Origin: Candidatus Parcubacteria bacterium
GTDB lineage: Bacteria > Patescibacteriota > Minisyncoccia > Phycocordibacterales > CAIJYI01
DNA: 64,000 bases
Assembly (NCBI GenBank): GCA_026395595.1
Contig: JAPLYL010000001.1
Location: 6,174 to 70,173, forward strand
Direction: 5' to 3'
The translations under genes were made by a program, and so were the position numbers. The stretch's first letter is position 1. Each line of letters starts with the position of its first letter. The notes under the pieces are model-generated. The model saw only the letters and a program-made list of their open reading frames with translations. It had not been told where the DNA came from and searched no databases. This document shows positions 27,653 to 37,750 of the stretch, one piece after another.

Positions 27653-27687
27653 GGCTTCTGCCTATCAAAAAAAGACTCTTATAACCA

Positions 27688-27716
27688 ACGCCCCGGAGCA
27701 ATCCGGGGCGTATTTT
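27688..27716 (+). terminator. Intrinsic terminator
   Basis: acgccccgga-gcaa-tccggggcgt-atttt. Confidence 0.7.
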
Positions 27717-27763
27717 ATTATCCATTATCCAAGGTCGGACCTTAGTTATTTTTTAGGCCTATG

Positions 27764-28591
27764 TTATGCGGTTTTTGTATTTTTGGTTTTGAGAAATTCC
27801 ATTGCACCCCATATTCCGCCGATACTATGAAGTTCCGCTTTTTTGATGGGAGGGATTACGGGGAATATCTTCAAAATATCTTTCAAATAATTTTCGGTCA
27901 GGGGGAGAGAAATGCCGATCTCTTTCATCATGGAACCGCCGACAACGACGACATCAGGAGACCACATGACGATAACATTATTCAGCACATAGGCCAGCTT
28001 GCGCGCTTTATCATTCCAAAAAGCGGGATCTATCACTTCATACGGTTTTCTTCCGGTAGATTCTTCCAAAGATTTTCCTGAGAGAATATCAGACGCATAT
28101 TTCTGCCCTTCGGCAAGAGAAAGCACCTGCCAGCCCGGTTCAAATCCGTAAGCATTAGCGTCTATCGTATTTTTTATGATACGCGCACCGCCGACGCCGG
28201 TTGAGACTGTGATGTAAGCGACAATATCGGAACCTTTTCCTGCGCCATGAGTTGCCTCTCCAAGCCCAACGAGAGCGGAATCATTTTCCAAAAACACCGT
28301 GGTTTTCATTGCTTTAGAGAGGTCTTCCTGAAAAGGCTTTCCGTCCCATGCAGGGAAATTCATTCCGCCAATGAGAGAATGCGTCTTTTTTTCTACCGGA
28401 CATCCTATCCCTCCTGCTACTGACTCAATAGCGCTTTCGCCTGAAATTTCTTTTGCCGTACTTGCAACAAGATGAATCGTTTCTTCATACCCTTTCGGTG
28501 TGTCAAAGATTTTTGGCTCAAGAAATGACTCGAGATCCAATGAACCGGCAACGCGCGTTTTTGTTTTTCCGATATCAAAAAGTATGTACAT
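27764..28591 (-). CDS. ROK-family sugar kinase (glucokinase-like)
   Basis: FDIGKTK, LENDSAL, TVSTGVGG, VVVGGS. Confidence 0.9.
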   Translation of the reverse strand: MYILFDIGKTKTRVAGSLDLESFLEPKIFDTPKGYEETIHLVASTAKEISGESAIESVAGGIGCPVEKKTHSLIGGMNFPAWDGKPFQEDLSKAMKTTVFLENDSALVGLGEATHGAGKGSDIVAYITVSTGVGGARIIKNTIDANAYGFEPGWQVLSLAEGQKYASDILSGKSLEESTGRKPYEVIDPAFWNDKARKLAYVLNNVIVMWSPDVVVVGGSMMKEIGISLPLTENYLKDILKIFPVIPPIKKAELHSIGGIWGAMEFLKTKNTKTA

Positions 28592-28674
28592 ACATTTAGA
28601 ATAAAGAATAAAGGAAAAAGTAACAAGGAAGAGCTCTCGTACTTTTAACTCCTTTTTTGCTTATTGCTTGTTTC

Positions 28675-30012
28675 TTATTGCTTTTTTAATAATTCTCTCG
28701 CCGCTTTTTTATATCCTTCCACTTCCGGTTGTCCAAACGGATCTACTCCCCACAAATTTCCCAAAAATACCGTTTCCATCATTTTTAGCATGAAATACTG
28801 CCCGAGATAATACTCGTTTATTTGCGGCAAAACCGTTTCAACAAAAGGAAGTTCTTTTTCTTTGTATGATTCCATTGTCCCTCCAAGAATTGACGCCATA
28901 ATCTTTTGAAAATCTTTTGAAGCAATATCGGGAACAAGGGTTTCAAAAGGAGAAGAAGGCGGGATGGAAATATATTTTTCTCCAAAATCGGTTGAGTAAA
29001 TAAAGTTTGTGAATTTATCTTTTGGACCTCCCAAGTACAATTGTACCATAGAGTGCAAATCAACGGTCCCGAGAGACACTAGAGGGGTCATACCCGCATA
29101 CGCTTCATTTCCTTTTTTGTCATATTTTTTTCCAAGGCTTTCAGCGAAAAGCTGTCTTCCCCATTTTCCGACAGACTCCAATTCCGTGTGAAAAAAGAAA
29201 TGGTTATAGATGTTTAGATTTTTTTTATGAGACAAATAATCTATTACCGAGGAGGTAAGAGCGGGGTTTTCCGTCAAAGAGTCTGAGAGAAAAGCACCCC
29301 TCAAAGAAAGCCCTCCGGCAATAAATTCTGAAACATTGACTCCCGCCAACATGAGTGGAAAAACCCCAACGGGAGAAAAAACAGAATACCTTCCACCGAC
29401 ATTTTTCGGCACGGGAAGAACATTCATTTCTTTTTCCAGCGCAAGTTTCCAAAATAAAGAATTTTCATCCGTGGTTATCACGACGCGAGATAAAGCTTCT
29501 TTTTCTCCAAACTTGGAAGAAAGCGTTTCAAACAAAACCATAGCATTGGCAATGGTTTCCACCGTGGAACCGGATTTCGTAATGACATTCAAAATAACTT
29601 CTTTTGAGTCATGAATGTTTTCTTCAATAACTTTCTTAAGGATTTCCATTTCCCGGGGGTTATTCGTGTCTGAAAACAGCATTTTAGGAGACCGAGGAAG
29701 CAGTATCTCAAATTTCGGAAAGATAGCATCGTACACCGCCTGCGCCCCGAGATTTGAACCGCCGATGCCGACAACGATAATATATTTTAACGGGTTACCT
29801 AAAAATTTCCCCGCCATTTCTTCCGTTTTTTGGAAAAGTTTTTTGTCGTCAGGCAACAATAAAAACGATTCAGGAACGTCATACGTTCTTTTTTCAACGA
29901 CTTCTTTGAGAAACCCGAGATAATTGGAAAGAAGCGGAACGACAGAAGACACTTCCTCCTCTGAGATACGCGCAGTATCTTTGTATTTGATGGTTATGGT
30001 GTTTTGAGACAT
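28675..30012 (-). CDS. pgi: Glucose-6-phosphate isomerase
   Basis: GIGGSNLG, TKSGSTVET, VGGRYSV, QLFAESLGK, DPFGQPEVEGYK. Confidence 0.95.
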   Translation of the reverse strand: MSQNTITIKYKDTARISEEEVSSVVPLLSNYLGFLKEVVEKRTYDVPESFLLLPDDKKLFQKTEEMAGKFLGNPLKYIIVVGIGGSNLGAQAVYDAIFPKFEILLPRSPKMLFSDTNNPREMEILKKVIEENIHDSKEVILNVITKSGSTVETIANAMVLFETLSSKFGEKEALSRVVITTDENSLFWKLALEKEMNVLPVPKNVGGRYSVFSPVGVFPLMLAGVNVSEFIAGGLSLRGAFLSDSLTENPALTSSVIDYLSHKKNLNIYNHFFFHTELESVGKWGRQLFAESLGKKYDKKGNEAYAGMTPLVSLGTVDLHSMVQLYLGGPKDKFTNFIYSTDFGEKYISIPPSSPFETLVPDIASKDFQKIMASILGGTMESYKEKELPFVETVLPQINEYYLGQYFMLKMMETVFLGNLWGVDPFGQPEVEGYKKAARELLKKQ

Positions 30013-30134
30013 GTTTTTATAAAATTTCCAATTACCAATTTCAAATTTCCAATAAAAATCCAAATTTGATATAAAACGTCATTTCTTTCGTTCGTTTGGA
30101 AATTTGAAATTAGATATTTGAAATTTTTTATTAA

Positions 30135-31370
30135 CTATCCCCTTCCTCTCGCAATCATTGCTTCCGATATTCTGGAAAGAGCAATAATATATGCCGAATT
30201 CCTTACGGTTGTTTTTTTCTCATTACTGACTTTCCACACTTCATCAAAAGAAGTCCTCATGATTTTTTCCAATTTTTGAAGCACCTCTTTTTCTTCCCAA
30301 TAATACCCGTACGCGTTTTGCACCTGTTCAAAATAGGACACCGCGACACCCCCCGCATTCGTCAGAATATCAGGAAGAACCATAACATTATTTTTTTCAA
30401 ACACGATATCCGCTTCAGGAGTTACCGGCCCATTGGCGAGTTCCGCCACCAGCTTTGTTTTGAGAGTCTGCGCGTCTTTTTCCGTAACAGAGTTTTCAAG
30501 CGCGGCAGGAATAAAAATGTCAACTTCCTCTGCGAACTGTTCTGTGGAAGTAATATCTTTCGCTTTCGGATACCCAGAGAGCATTCCTTTTTCGTCTTTG
30601 TATTTGGCAACATCGTCAACGTCCAAACCCTCTTTATTTTCTATAACACCTTTAGAGTCGGAAACGGAAATAATCTTGTATCCTGCCTTCTGCATAATCA
30701 TTGCGACGTTTCTTCCCGCGTTTCCAAAGCCCTGAATGGCAACCGTCGCGCCTTTTTCAATGCCAAGTTTTTTTGCCGCAGAATCAATAACGTAAAAACC
30801 TCCTTGTGCCGTGGAATAAGAACGGGCTTTTGATCCGCCAAGAGAAAGCGGTTTTCCGGTAATGACTCCCGCCTCATGGTGTCCTCTTATCGTTTCATAT
30901 TCGTCCAGCATCCAGCTCATAATCCTTCCGTCGGTGTTGACATCCGGAGCGGGCACATCAACACGATCGCCGATAATACCGGAAACGGCGCGGATATAAC
31001 CGCGGGAAAGTCTTTCCAGTTCTCCGACAGAAAGTTCTTTCGGATTTACGATGATACCGCCCTTTCCCCCTCCAAGAGGAATATCCACCACCGCGCATTT
31101 GAATGCCATCCATGCAGAAAGCGCTTTTACTTCGCCGATATTAACGTTTTGATGAAACCGAATTCCTCCTTTAAACGGCCCGCGCGCATCGTTATATTGA
31201 GACCGATACCCGGTGAAAACTTTCACTTCACCATTGTCCATTTTAACAGGAATGGATACCTCTAAAAAACGCTTCACCGACAACATTTGCCGATAGATAT
31301 TTTCAGGAATATCTAAAAACTGTCTCGTACCTTCTATCTGTCGTAAAAACTTATCAAATTCGTTTTGCAT
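30135..31370 (-). CDS. gdhA: Glutamate dehydrogenase (canonical)
   Basis: GPFKGGIRF, MAFKC, GGGKGG, NAGGVAVSYFE. Confidence 0.92.
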   Translation of the reverse strand: MQNEFDKFLRQIEGTRQFLDIPENIYRQMLSVKRFLEVSIPVKMDNGEVKVFTGYRSQYNDARGPFKGGIRFHQNVNIGEVKALSAWMAFKCAVVDIPLGGGKGGIIVNPKELSVGELERLSRGYIRAVSGIIGDRVDVPAPDVNTDGRIMSWMLDEYETIRGHHEAGVITGKPLSLGGSKARSYSTAQGGFYVIDSAAKKLGIEKGATVAIQGFGNAGRNVAMIMQKAGYKIISVSDSKGVIENKEGLDVDDVAKYKDEKGMLSGYPKAKDITSTEQFAEEVDIFIPAALENSVTEKDAQTLKTKLVAELANGPVTPEADIVFEKNNVMVLPDILTNAGGVAVSYFEQVQNAYGYYWEEKEVLQKLEKIMRTSFDEVWKVSNEKKTTVRNSAYIIALSRISEAMIARGRG

Positions 31371-31480
31371 ACTTGTAAAAATAAAATAGTAAAAAGTCTT
31401 CTTATTATAGCAAAAATAAGAAAAGTATGAAAACAATGAGTTTCCATACTTTTTACAACTCGACAAAAAAAGAAAAGATG

Positions 31481-33505
31481 CTAGATGTTTTCTTTTTCAG
31501 TATCTGCCTTTATGTTTCTATCAACAATAAGATTGCAGGCTTTGCAGATACCGAGTTCTTCCATCTTTTCCAGATAAGCGATTACGGCGAGTACGTATTC
31601 GGAATGACTCCAAGTAAGCGGAGCGGCAGAAATTTGGGCTTTGGTATACGGATTCAGCTGTTCAGAAAGCACCCCCGTCGGAAGAGCCACCCCAACAACC
31701 CAATCAAACCATTGCTTCACACGCTCAAAATCTTTTTCGTTCCGAGCTGTCGCAATATAATACTGTACCAGCCAAAGAGTCGTGACGAACCATGGATTTC
31801 CGGGAACATCATGACCGAGACGATAATAATTATCTCCCTCATACCGAGCGATTCCTCCCGAATACCGGGCGCAAAAAAGCCGTTCTTCAGTAATACCGAA
31901 AGCTTTCCTGAGACGCGGATCATCAGGAGGAAGTACTCCGAAACGGAACATTCCATAGACGCTGGAAATATCCAGCGTATCATCATTGATGTTTTTTCCC
32001 GAAACGCGATTAAAGAGTTTCCTGAAAGTTCCCGTTTCTTCATTATAAAGGTATTTCAGTATCCCCTTCTTTATTTCTTCAGCAATATCGCGATATTTTT
32101 TCTCATGTTCTTTTTTACCTAAAAGACCGGAAAAATTAGCAGCCGAGATAAGTGCTCCGTAGACAGAAGCACAGGTAAAAGTGGAAACGCCGAGCTTTTC
32201 TTCCCAGAGATCGTAACTTCGTTTCGGGAGACCCGTCTCTTTATCCCGATAGAGGGACATAAAATTCGCCGCTTTCTCGATGAAAGAATTATAAATTTCT
32301 TCAACAAACTCAAGATCCTTAGTAAGTTTGTAGTGATCCCAAAGAGCATAGAGAACAAGAGCTGTTTCGTCTTCTTGTATCGGAAGCTGCGCTTCCCCTT
32401 CTTTGGTCACCCATGGATGCCAAGAACTTCCCAGCGAACCGTCAGGCCGATATTTGTGCATGAAAAATCCATCATTCGTAAGCGCGTCATTGCAAAAGGA
32501 AAAAAACTTTCTCGCGATGTAGGAATCGCCGGAACGGTCAAGCGCCATAATAGTAAAAGCCCCGTCTCTCGGCCACATATAGCTGTATGTATCGCGGCCA
32601 TACTGAAGCATATCGGAATCTCCTGAAGCGATAACGGCGCCACTGGAATCAACATGGGAACGGATAATAAAAAGAGATCTCTTGAACAGGTTTATCATAT
32701 CTTGCGTAAGTCCATAAAAACTGAAACCCTCGCGATTCACCCAAGCCGTCCAATAGTTCGTAGTGGAACGAATAAGATGTCCAGGAGATTTTTCAAGAAC
32801 ATAATTATTCAAATCAGACACTTCCGGAATGTTCTTGCCGACGGCTACCCAATAATAAACGTTTTGTTCTTCTTGAGAATCCAGCTCCAAATGAAAAGAA
32901 AGAACGGAATCAGTCAGTCCGTGTTCTATCGGATTTTTGGAAAGAACGCCATCCTCCGCGTCGCGATAACTTCCATCTTTGCCTTCCATACGATATATGC
33001 CGGTCGTATAATCATCTATTCCTCCTTTTTCGGTAAAACCGTTCGCGAGAAAAACTCTTCTTCCTTCATAATGAATTACGGAGTGACTGAGAGGGTCATA
33101 ATATCCGGTATCTTGGCGTCCGGATTGGTAGATATTCCACTCCTGACAGAAAAAAATCTTTATGGCCGTTCTTCTCGGAACTTCATTCCGCACCATCACC
33201 TGACGGAGAAATATATTTTTTTCATTGTATACGGCATCGGTAAAAACGAGGGTAACGCCAAGAACTTTATTTTTTGCAACAATATGGCTTACATGCGTTT
33301 CTTTAACGCAACGCAGATCTATATTCCAATTCGGATCAGAAAGCCAACTCATCCCTCCATCCACAAAAACCCCAATGCGATGAAGAGCATCTTTCCCGAT
33401 ATGATTTTCCATTCCAACATGGGGGTAGTACAAGTCGGTCACTTGACCGTACTTGTCAAAACAAACCAGCATGTTTCCATTCCCAAGAGTAAGAGATTTT
33501 GGCAT
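31481..33505 (-). CDS. Glycoside hydrolase family 15 (glucoamylase-like)
   Basis: GAVIAS, YSYMWPRDG, QEDETA, DLWEE, LSEQ, PLTWSH. Confidence 0.93.
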   Translation of the reverse strand: MPKSLTLGNGNMLVCFDKYGQVTDLYYPHVGMENHIGKDALHRIGVFVDGGMSWLSDPNWNIDLRCVKETHVSHIVAKNKVLGVTLVFTDAVYNEKNIFLRQVMVRNEVPRRTAIKIFFCQEWNIYQSGRQDTGYYDPLSHSVIHYEGRRVFLANGFTEKGGIDDYTTGIYRMEGKDGSYRDAEDGVLSKNPIEHGLTDSVLSFHLELDSQEEQNVYYWVAVGKNIPEVSDLNNYVLEKSPGHLIRSTTNYWTAWVNREGFSFYGLTQDMINLFKRSLFIIRSHVDSSGAVIASGDSDMLQYGRDTYSYMWPRDGAFTIMALDRSGDSYIARKFFSFCNDALTNDGFFMHKYRPDGSLGSSWHPWVTKEGEAQLPIQEDETALVLYALWDHYKLTKDLEFVEEIYNSFIEKAANFMSLYRDKETGLPKRSYDLWEEKLGVSTFTCASVYGALISAANFSGLLGKKEHEKKYRDIAEEIKKGILKYLYNEETGTFRKLFNRVSGKNINDDTLDISSVYGMFRFGVLPPDDPRLRKAFGITEERLFCARYSGGIARYEGDNYYRLGHDVPGNPWFVTTLWLVQYYIATARNEKDFERVKQWFDWVVGVALPTGVLSEQLNPYTKAQISAAPLTWSHSEYVLAVIAYLEKMEELGICKACNLIVDRNIKADTEKENI

Positions 33506-33598
33506 GTCGTAAATTACAAATTAAAAGATATAAATATAGTATACACCGTTATGTAAAAAAAGATTTCAAAAAGTGTGTATAAACGAGCATTAAAAAAT

Positions 33599-34801
33599 TT
33601 AATGACATAGTTTTCCATAAAGAGCCGCGCATTTTCCTGCTGCGACAGACCATGAATTTTTCTTTACTTCCTGATATCCGTTTATTCGAAGATTCTCAGA
33701 GAGCGAAGAGTGGTCAAGCGTTGAAATGATCTTATCCGCGATATCATCAATATCCCAGAAATCGACTTTTAGAGCGTGATTCAATACCTCTGAAACTCCG
33801 GATTGATTGGAGATAAGGACAGGAGTTCCATTCGCCAAAGATTCCAAAGGGGTAATGCCAAAGGGTTCTGAAATGGAAGGCATGATGTACAGATCTGCCG
33901 ATTGATACACGCTGTTAAGTTCATCACCTCTCAAGAAACCTGCGAAAAAAATTTTATCGCTTATTCCCTCGCTGGCGGCTTGGCGTATCATTTGGTATTC
34001 CATATCTCCGGAACCGGAAACAACAAACATGGTTTTCGGACGATATTCAAGAACCCTTTTTGCGGCACGAATAAAATAATCCGGACCTTTTTGCATCGTA
34101 ATGCGCCCGACAAACAAAACAATCTTATTGCCCGCATCCTTTAATTCTTTCAACCGCGAAGGAAGTTTTTTTATGTCTTCAAGGTCAATACCGTTGTGCA
34201 CCACCGTAATTTTTTCAGGAACAACCCCGTATTTTGAGACAAGAATATCTTTTGTCCATTGAGAAACAGCAATAACCGCATCAGATGCCGCCAGACCTGC
34301 GCGCTCAATGGCATATACTTCTTCATTTACTCCGTTTCCTCCCGTTCGGTCAAATTCAGTAGCGTGAACATGGACAACAAGGGGTTTCCCTGTCGCTTTT
34401 TTTGCTTCTATTCCGGCGAGATAGGCAAGCCAGTCATGCGCATGAATAACATCGCAATTTTCAGACAAAGCAATTGCGCCCGCTTTTTTTGCGTATCGTT
34501 TTACCTCCTCCATAAGAGAACACCCATATACGCTGTCTTGATGCGTTTGATATTCGTCATTGTATTTTTCTCCAACAACGTAGGGATATAAAAGCGAATC
34601 AATGTGTTGTATTTTTATGCTTCCGATATCCGCAAAAACCATTTTAGTAAAACCGGAATTAACCGGGACTTTTTTTGGCAGAACAAAAATGATTTCAGTA
34701 TCGCGAGAAAGCGCCCTCGTTAAACCAAAACAAGCCGTTCCTAAACCGCCGCTATTGTGCGGAGGAAATTCCCACCCAAACATAAGTACTTTTAATGCCA
34801 T
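33599..34801 (-). CDS. GT4 glycosyltransferase (archaeal-type glycogen synthase-like)
   Basis: GWEFPPHNSGGLG, HAHDW, HVHATEFDR, PSISEPFGITPLE. Confidence 0.92.
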   Translation of the reverse strand: MALKVLMFGWEFPPHNSGGLGTACFGLTRALSRDTEIIFVLPKKVPVNSGFTKMVFADIGSIKIQHIDSLLYPYVVGEKYNDEYQTHQDSVYGCSLMEEVKRYAKKAGAIALSENCDVIHAHDWLAYLAGIEAKKATGKPLVVHVHATEFDRTGGNGVNEEVYAIERAGLAASDAVIAVSQWTKDILVSKYGVVPEKITVVHNGIDLEDIKKLPSRLKELKDAGNKIVLFVGRITMQKGPDYFIRAAKRVLEYRPKTMFVVSGSGDMEYQMIRQAASEGISDKIFFAGFLRGDELNSVYQSADLYIMPSISEPFGITPLESLANGTPVLISNQSGVSEVLNHALKVDFWDIDDIADKIISTLDHSSLSENLRINGYQEVKKNSWSVAAGKCAALYGKLCH

Positions 34802-34838
34802 ATTTATTTTTTCTCTCCGCGTATTTTACGCAATAAAA

Positions 34839-35885
34839 TTATGCGCCGTCAGAAACTTCTCCCCCCTCTCGAAGAATGAACAGACGGTAAATATGAAGGA
34901 GGGAAAGAAAAGCGCTCAAAATAATCGGACCGAATAAAAATCCCATAGGGCCGAAATAAGCGATACCGCCGAGAACCGAGAAAAAAACAAACAACGGATG
35001 AACCTGAATCCCTTTCGTATAGAGATAGGGAGCAAGAAAATTATCTATGGTTCCGACCAAAAGCGCCGACCAAAGAAGGAGACCCAAAGCGGCTCCGGTA
35101 TTGCCGGACAAAAATAAAAAGACAATGGAGGGAATCGTAATAAGAGCGGTACCCATCCCCGGAACAAGAGCGCAGAGTGCAGCAACAAGACCCCAGAGAG
35201 AAGCATTCGGAACTTGAAAAATATGAAGACCTGTTCCGACAAGAATTCCTTGAATGAGCGCGATGGCAAGCGCTCCGCGAAGCACCGAGTGTATGGTTTT
35301 CTTCACGGAATTCAGTATCTCGTAATCATAGCGGTCATCAAGAGGTGAAAGCTTTATCAAACCGTCAGCAAAGTCTTCTCCGTTTTTCAAAAAATAATAC
35401 AGGGTAACGATAGTTAAAAGCATCTCAAAAAGGACAAAGGCTGTTCCCGAAACAATCTGACCCAAATTAGACAAAAGAAATCCGGCAAAATTAGAGAAAT
35501 ACGGACGGATATTAAAAACAAAACCGGGAACAAAATGCCGTATCGGAGCTTCAATGGCATAATTGATGGTTTCCAAAAAAGTTCCGCCGTTTGATTGAAT
35601 GCTTGAATAAAGGTTGCTTGCCTCTTCTGAAACCTGTACCCCTAAAAAATAAAGCGGAGTAGCAATAAATATCAACGTCGTCAAAAGAACGAATATGGCA
35701 GAGATGGTTTTATAACCGCGAAAAAACTTCAGAATCTTTTTATAAAACGGTTGAAGAAGAACGGCAAATACCGCCGACAGAAAAATTACCAGAAAAAACG
35801 GGCGAAACACTAAAAATGAAAACAAAGAAACAATGCCGAAAAGCAAAAAGAAAAAAGTTATTTGAAGCGTTTTGCTGTCTATCAT
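34839..35885 (-). CDS. AI-2E (UPF0118) family transporter
   Basis: Multi-TM; DNFLAP, HPLFVFFSVLGG, GFLFGP. Confidence 0.92.
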   Translation of the reverse strand: MIDSKTLQITFFFLLFGIVSLFSFLVFRPFFLVIFLSAVFAVLLQPFYKKILKFFRGYKTISAIFVLLTTLIFIATPLYFLGVQVSEEASNLYSSIQSNGGTFLETINYAIEAPIRHFVPGFVFNIRPYFSNFAGFLLSNLGQIVSGTAFVLFEMLLTIVTLYYFLKNGEDFADGLIKLSPLDDRYDYEILNSVKKTIHSVLRGALAIALIQGILVGTGLHIFQVPNASLWGLVAALCALVPGMGTALITIPSIVFLFLSGNTGAALGLLLWSALLVGTIDNFLAPYLYTKGIQVHPLFVFFSVLGGIAYFGPMGFLFGPIILSAFLSLLHIYRLFILREGGEVSDGA

Positions 35886-36048
35886 AAAAATTTTAATTAT
35901 TGATTTATAGGGTTCTTGTGCTTTTATAATATCATACCTGAAAAACTTTACGAAATAAAAACAGTGCGTAAAAAAATTTGACAGGCTTCAATGAATATAG
36001 TAACTTTATCCTTTGATATAATTTCTTTTTTAATATGGAGTTATAGAG

Positions 36049-36232
36049 ATGTTTGCATCAATCAATCGGCATTACAACCAGATAAAAGAACCTTGGCGAT
36101 TTGTTTTGGTAATGACACTGTTTTCCCCTCTCTTTCTGTTTACTTTTCTCCCATTTTGGGGGGCAAATATTCTCTCTCGTGTGGATTGTTTTCATTTTGG
36201 TTGCCCGCCTTCATTTTCCTTATAAAAAATAA
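36049..36232 (+). pseudogene. Small two-TM membrane protein, apparently frameshifted at a G6 tract (36158-36163)
   Basis: GGAG RBS, MFASINRHYNQIKEPWRFVLVMTLFSPLFLFTFLPFWG; one fewer G gives QIFSLVWIVFILVARLHFPYKK* just before a terminator (about 36243-36266). Confidence 0.5.
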
Positions 36233-36363
36233 GAGTAAAAGGAAACCTCCGTAATTCGGAGGTTTTTGTTTCAAAATGAAACTTGACAAATATATAAAAG
36301 TTTGCTAGAATATATTTTAGTATTGCAATCTACACTCACAACCTCTAAAAAAGGAACCGCAAG

Positions 36364-36720
36364 ATGACAACACCAAATCAAGTAAATCGTCAGAAAAAAA
36401 TCGTCATTTTTACCTGTCCCGATACCAAAATTCAACCGGCTGTAAGCGCCCTTTGCAGTCATTACGGGAAAACGGCGAATGTTCTGGTGGTACGAAGAGC
36501 TCGCGGAGAAATTAACTCCAAAACAGCTTTTCAATACTATAAAAAACAAATCCACGAACTTTCTTTAAACGGATATACGGGATTTGTTCTGATAGGAAAA
36601 GAAGAAGTGGAAAACTTATTTCACGAAACCGAGTATTTGAAAGAAACTTTTCCTCATCTTGCCTTTGACGCATGGAGAGTCCACTCCGCCTGCGCCAAAG
36701 AAGTGAGTAAAATATCATAA
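36364..36720 (+). CDS. Hypothetical protein
   Basis: TTGACA...TAGAAT promoter (36283-36311), AAGGA RBS, terminator at about 36728-36755. Confidence 0.65.
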   Translation: MTTPNQVNRQKKIVIFTCPDTKIQPAVSALCSHYGKTANVLVVRRARGEINSKTAFQYYKKQIHELSLNGYTGFVLIGKEEVENLFHETEYLKETFPHLAFDAWRVHSACAKEVSKIS

Positions 36721-36805
36721 CCAAGACACAGCGCCCACGACAGGGCGCTGTTTTTATAATCAACGCCATAAAAAAATCCCCGTCTTGCAATGGGGATTTA
36801 GTACA

Positions 36806-37735
36806 CTACAAATAATTAAGTTTTCCTTTGGCTTCTTTTATCGATGAAAAATCGTGATATTCCAACATTGTTCGCAGACCGGCTTCCATATAACCAAAGC
36901 AACTCGTTCCTTCAATTTCAAAAGCGGTTCCGATTTGAACAGCATCAGCCCCGGCCAAAAGAAACTCAAAAGCATCAATACCGTTCATAATTCCGCCGAC
37001 TCCAAAAATGGAAACCGAGCCAATCAAACGTTCGTAAAAAGCTTGAACATTCGCCAGAGCAATCGGTTTAATTGTTGTCCCAGATAATCCGCCAAGGCCT
37101 TTTTTGGGCTTTATAACCGTACTCCGCTTCCATGGATCAATAACTAACGTATTTCCAATGGAATTGATGCAGGAAATAAACGATATGTTGTATTCAAGGA
37201 TAAGTTCCGACATGATATCCCAGTGGACGGGGTCAAAGTAAGGAGGAAGTTTCAAACCAATCGGCTTTCCTCCGTGTTCGCACACGAGAGAAAGAAGATT
37301 TCTCATTTGCCCGAAATCGTATCCGATTTGCGGTTTCCCTTTAATGTTCGGGCAACTGGCATTTATCTCAATAAGATCCGCACCGCTTTTTTGAAACGCA
37401 TGAGCCAAGGTTGCGTATTCGTCCAAAGTAAATCCCGCAACGCTTGCCACGACAGGCTTTCCATATTTTTTGAGTTTTTTTGAAAATTCAATATACTTCT
37501 CATACCCAAGATTCGGCAAACCCATCGATTGTATCAGACTGTTTTTTCCTACGCGGGCCAGACGAGGTTCAGGATTCCCTTCTCTGGGCAATATCGTGCA
37601 AGTTTTCATGACGATAGCAGAAGATTTTGATCTGCCTAATTCTGCCAACTCCTCGTAAGTCGTACACTTTGGACCCGAGGCATTGCAGATATAAGAAGAA
37701 AGCGGAATGCCTGCGATTTCTGTTGAAGTAATCAT
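36806..37735 (-). CDS. pyrD: Dihydroorotate dehydrogenase, class 1A-like
   Basis: NASG, GNPEPR, SMGLPNLG, EINASCPN, KLPPY, INSIGN, GGLSG, AVQIGT. Confidence 0.9.
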   Translation of the reverse strand: MITSTEIAGIPLSSYICNASGPKCTTYEELAELGRSKSSAIVMKTCTILPREGNPEPRLARVGKNSLIQSMGLPNLGYEKYIEFSKKLKKYGKPVVASVAGFTLDEYATLAHAFQKSGADLIEINASCPNIKGKPQIGYDFGQMRNLLSLVCEHGGKPIGLKLPPYFDPVHWDIMSELILEYNISFISCINSIGNTLVIDPWKRSTVIKPKKGLGGLSGTTIKPIALANVQAFYERLIGSVSIFGVGGIMNGIDAFEFLLAGADAVQIGTAFEIEGTSCFGYMEAGLRTMLEYHDFSSIKEAKGKLNYL

Positions 37736-37750
37736 GTTTATAAACTCTTC

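Noticed and set aside
27729-27745. Solo palindrome ccaaggtcggaccttag
   Set aside because: It resembles the caagg-N-ccttg REP design but is a single short copy, too weak to call as a separate element.
32654-33556. Long ORFs opposite real genes (e.g. 32654-33556, 47033-47893, 44984-45790, 16184-16981, 57286-57906)
   Set aside because: They are antisense shadows of well-supported genes and have no motifs of their own.
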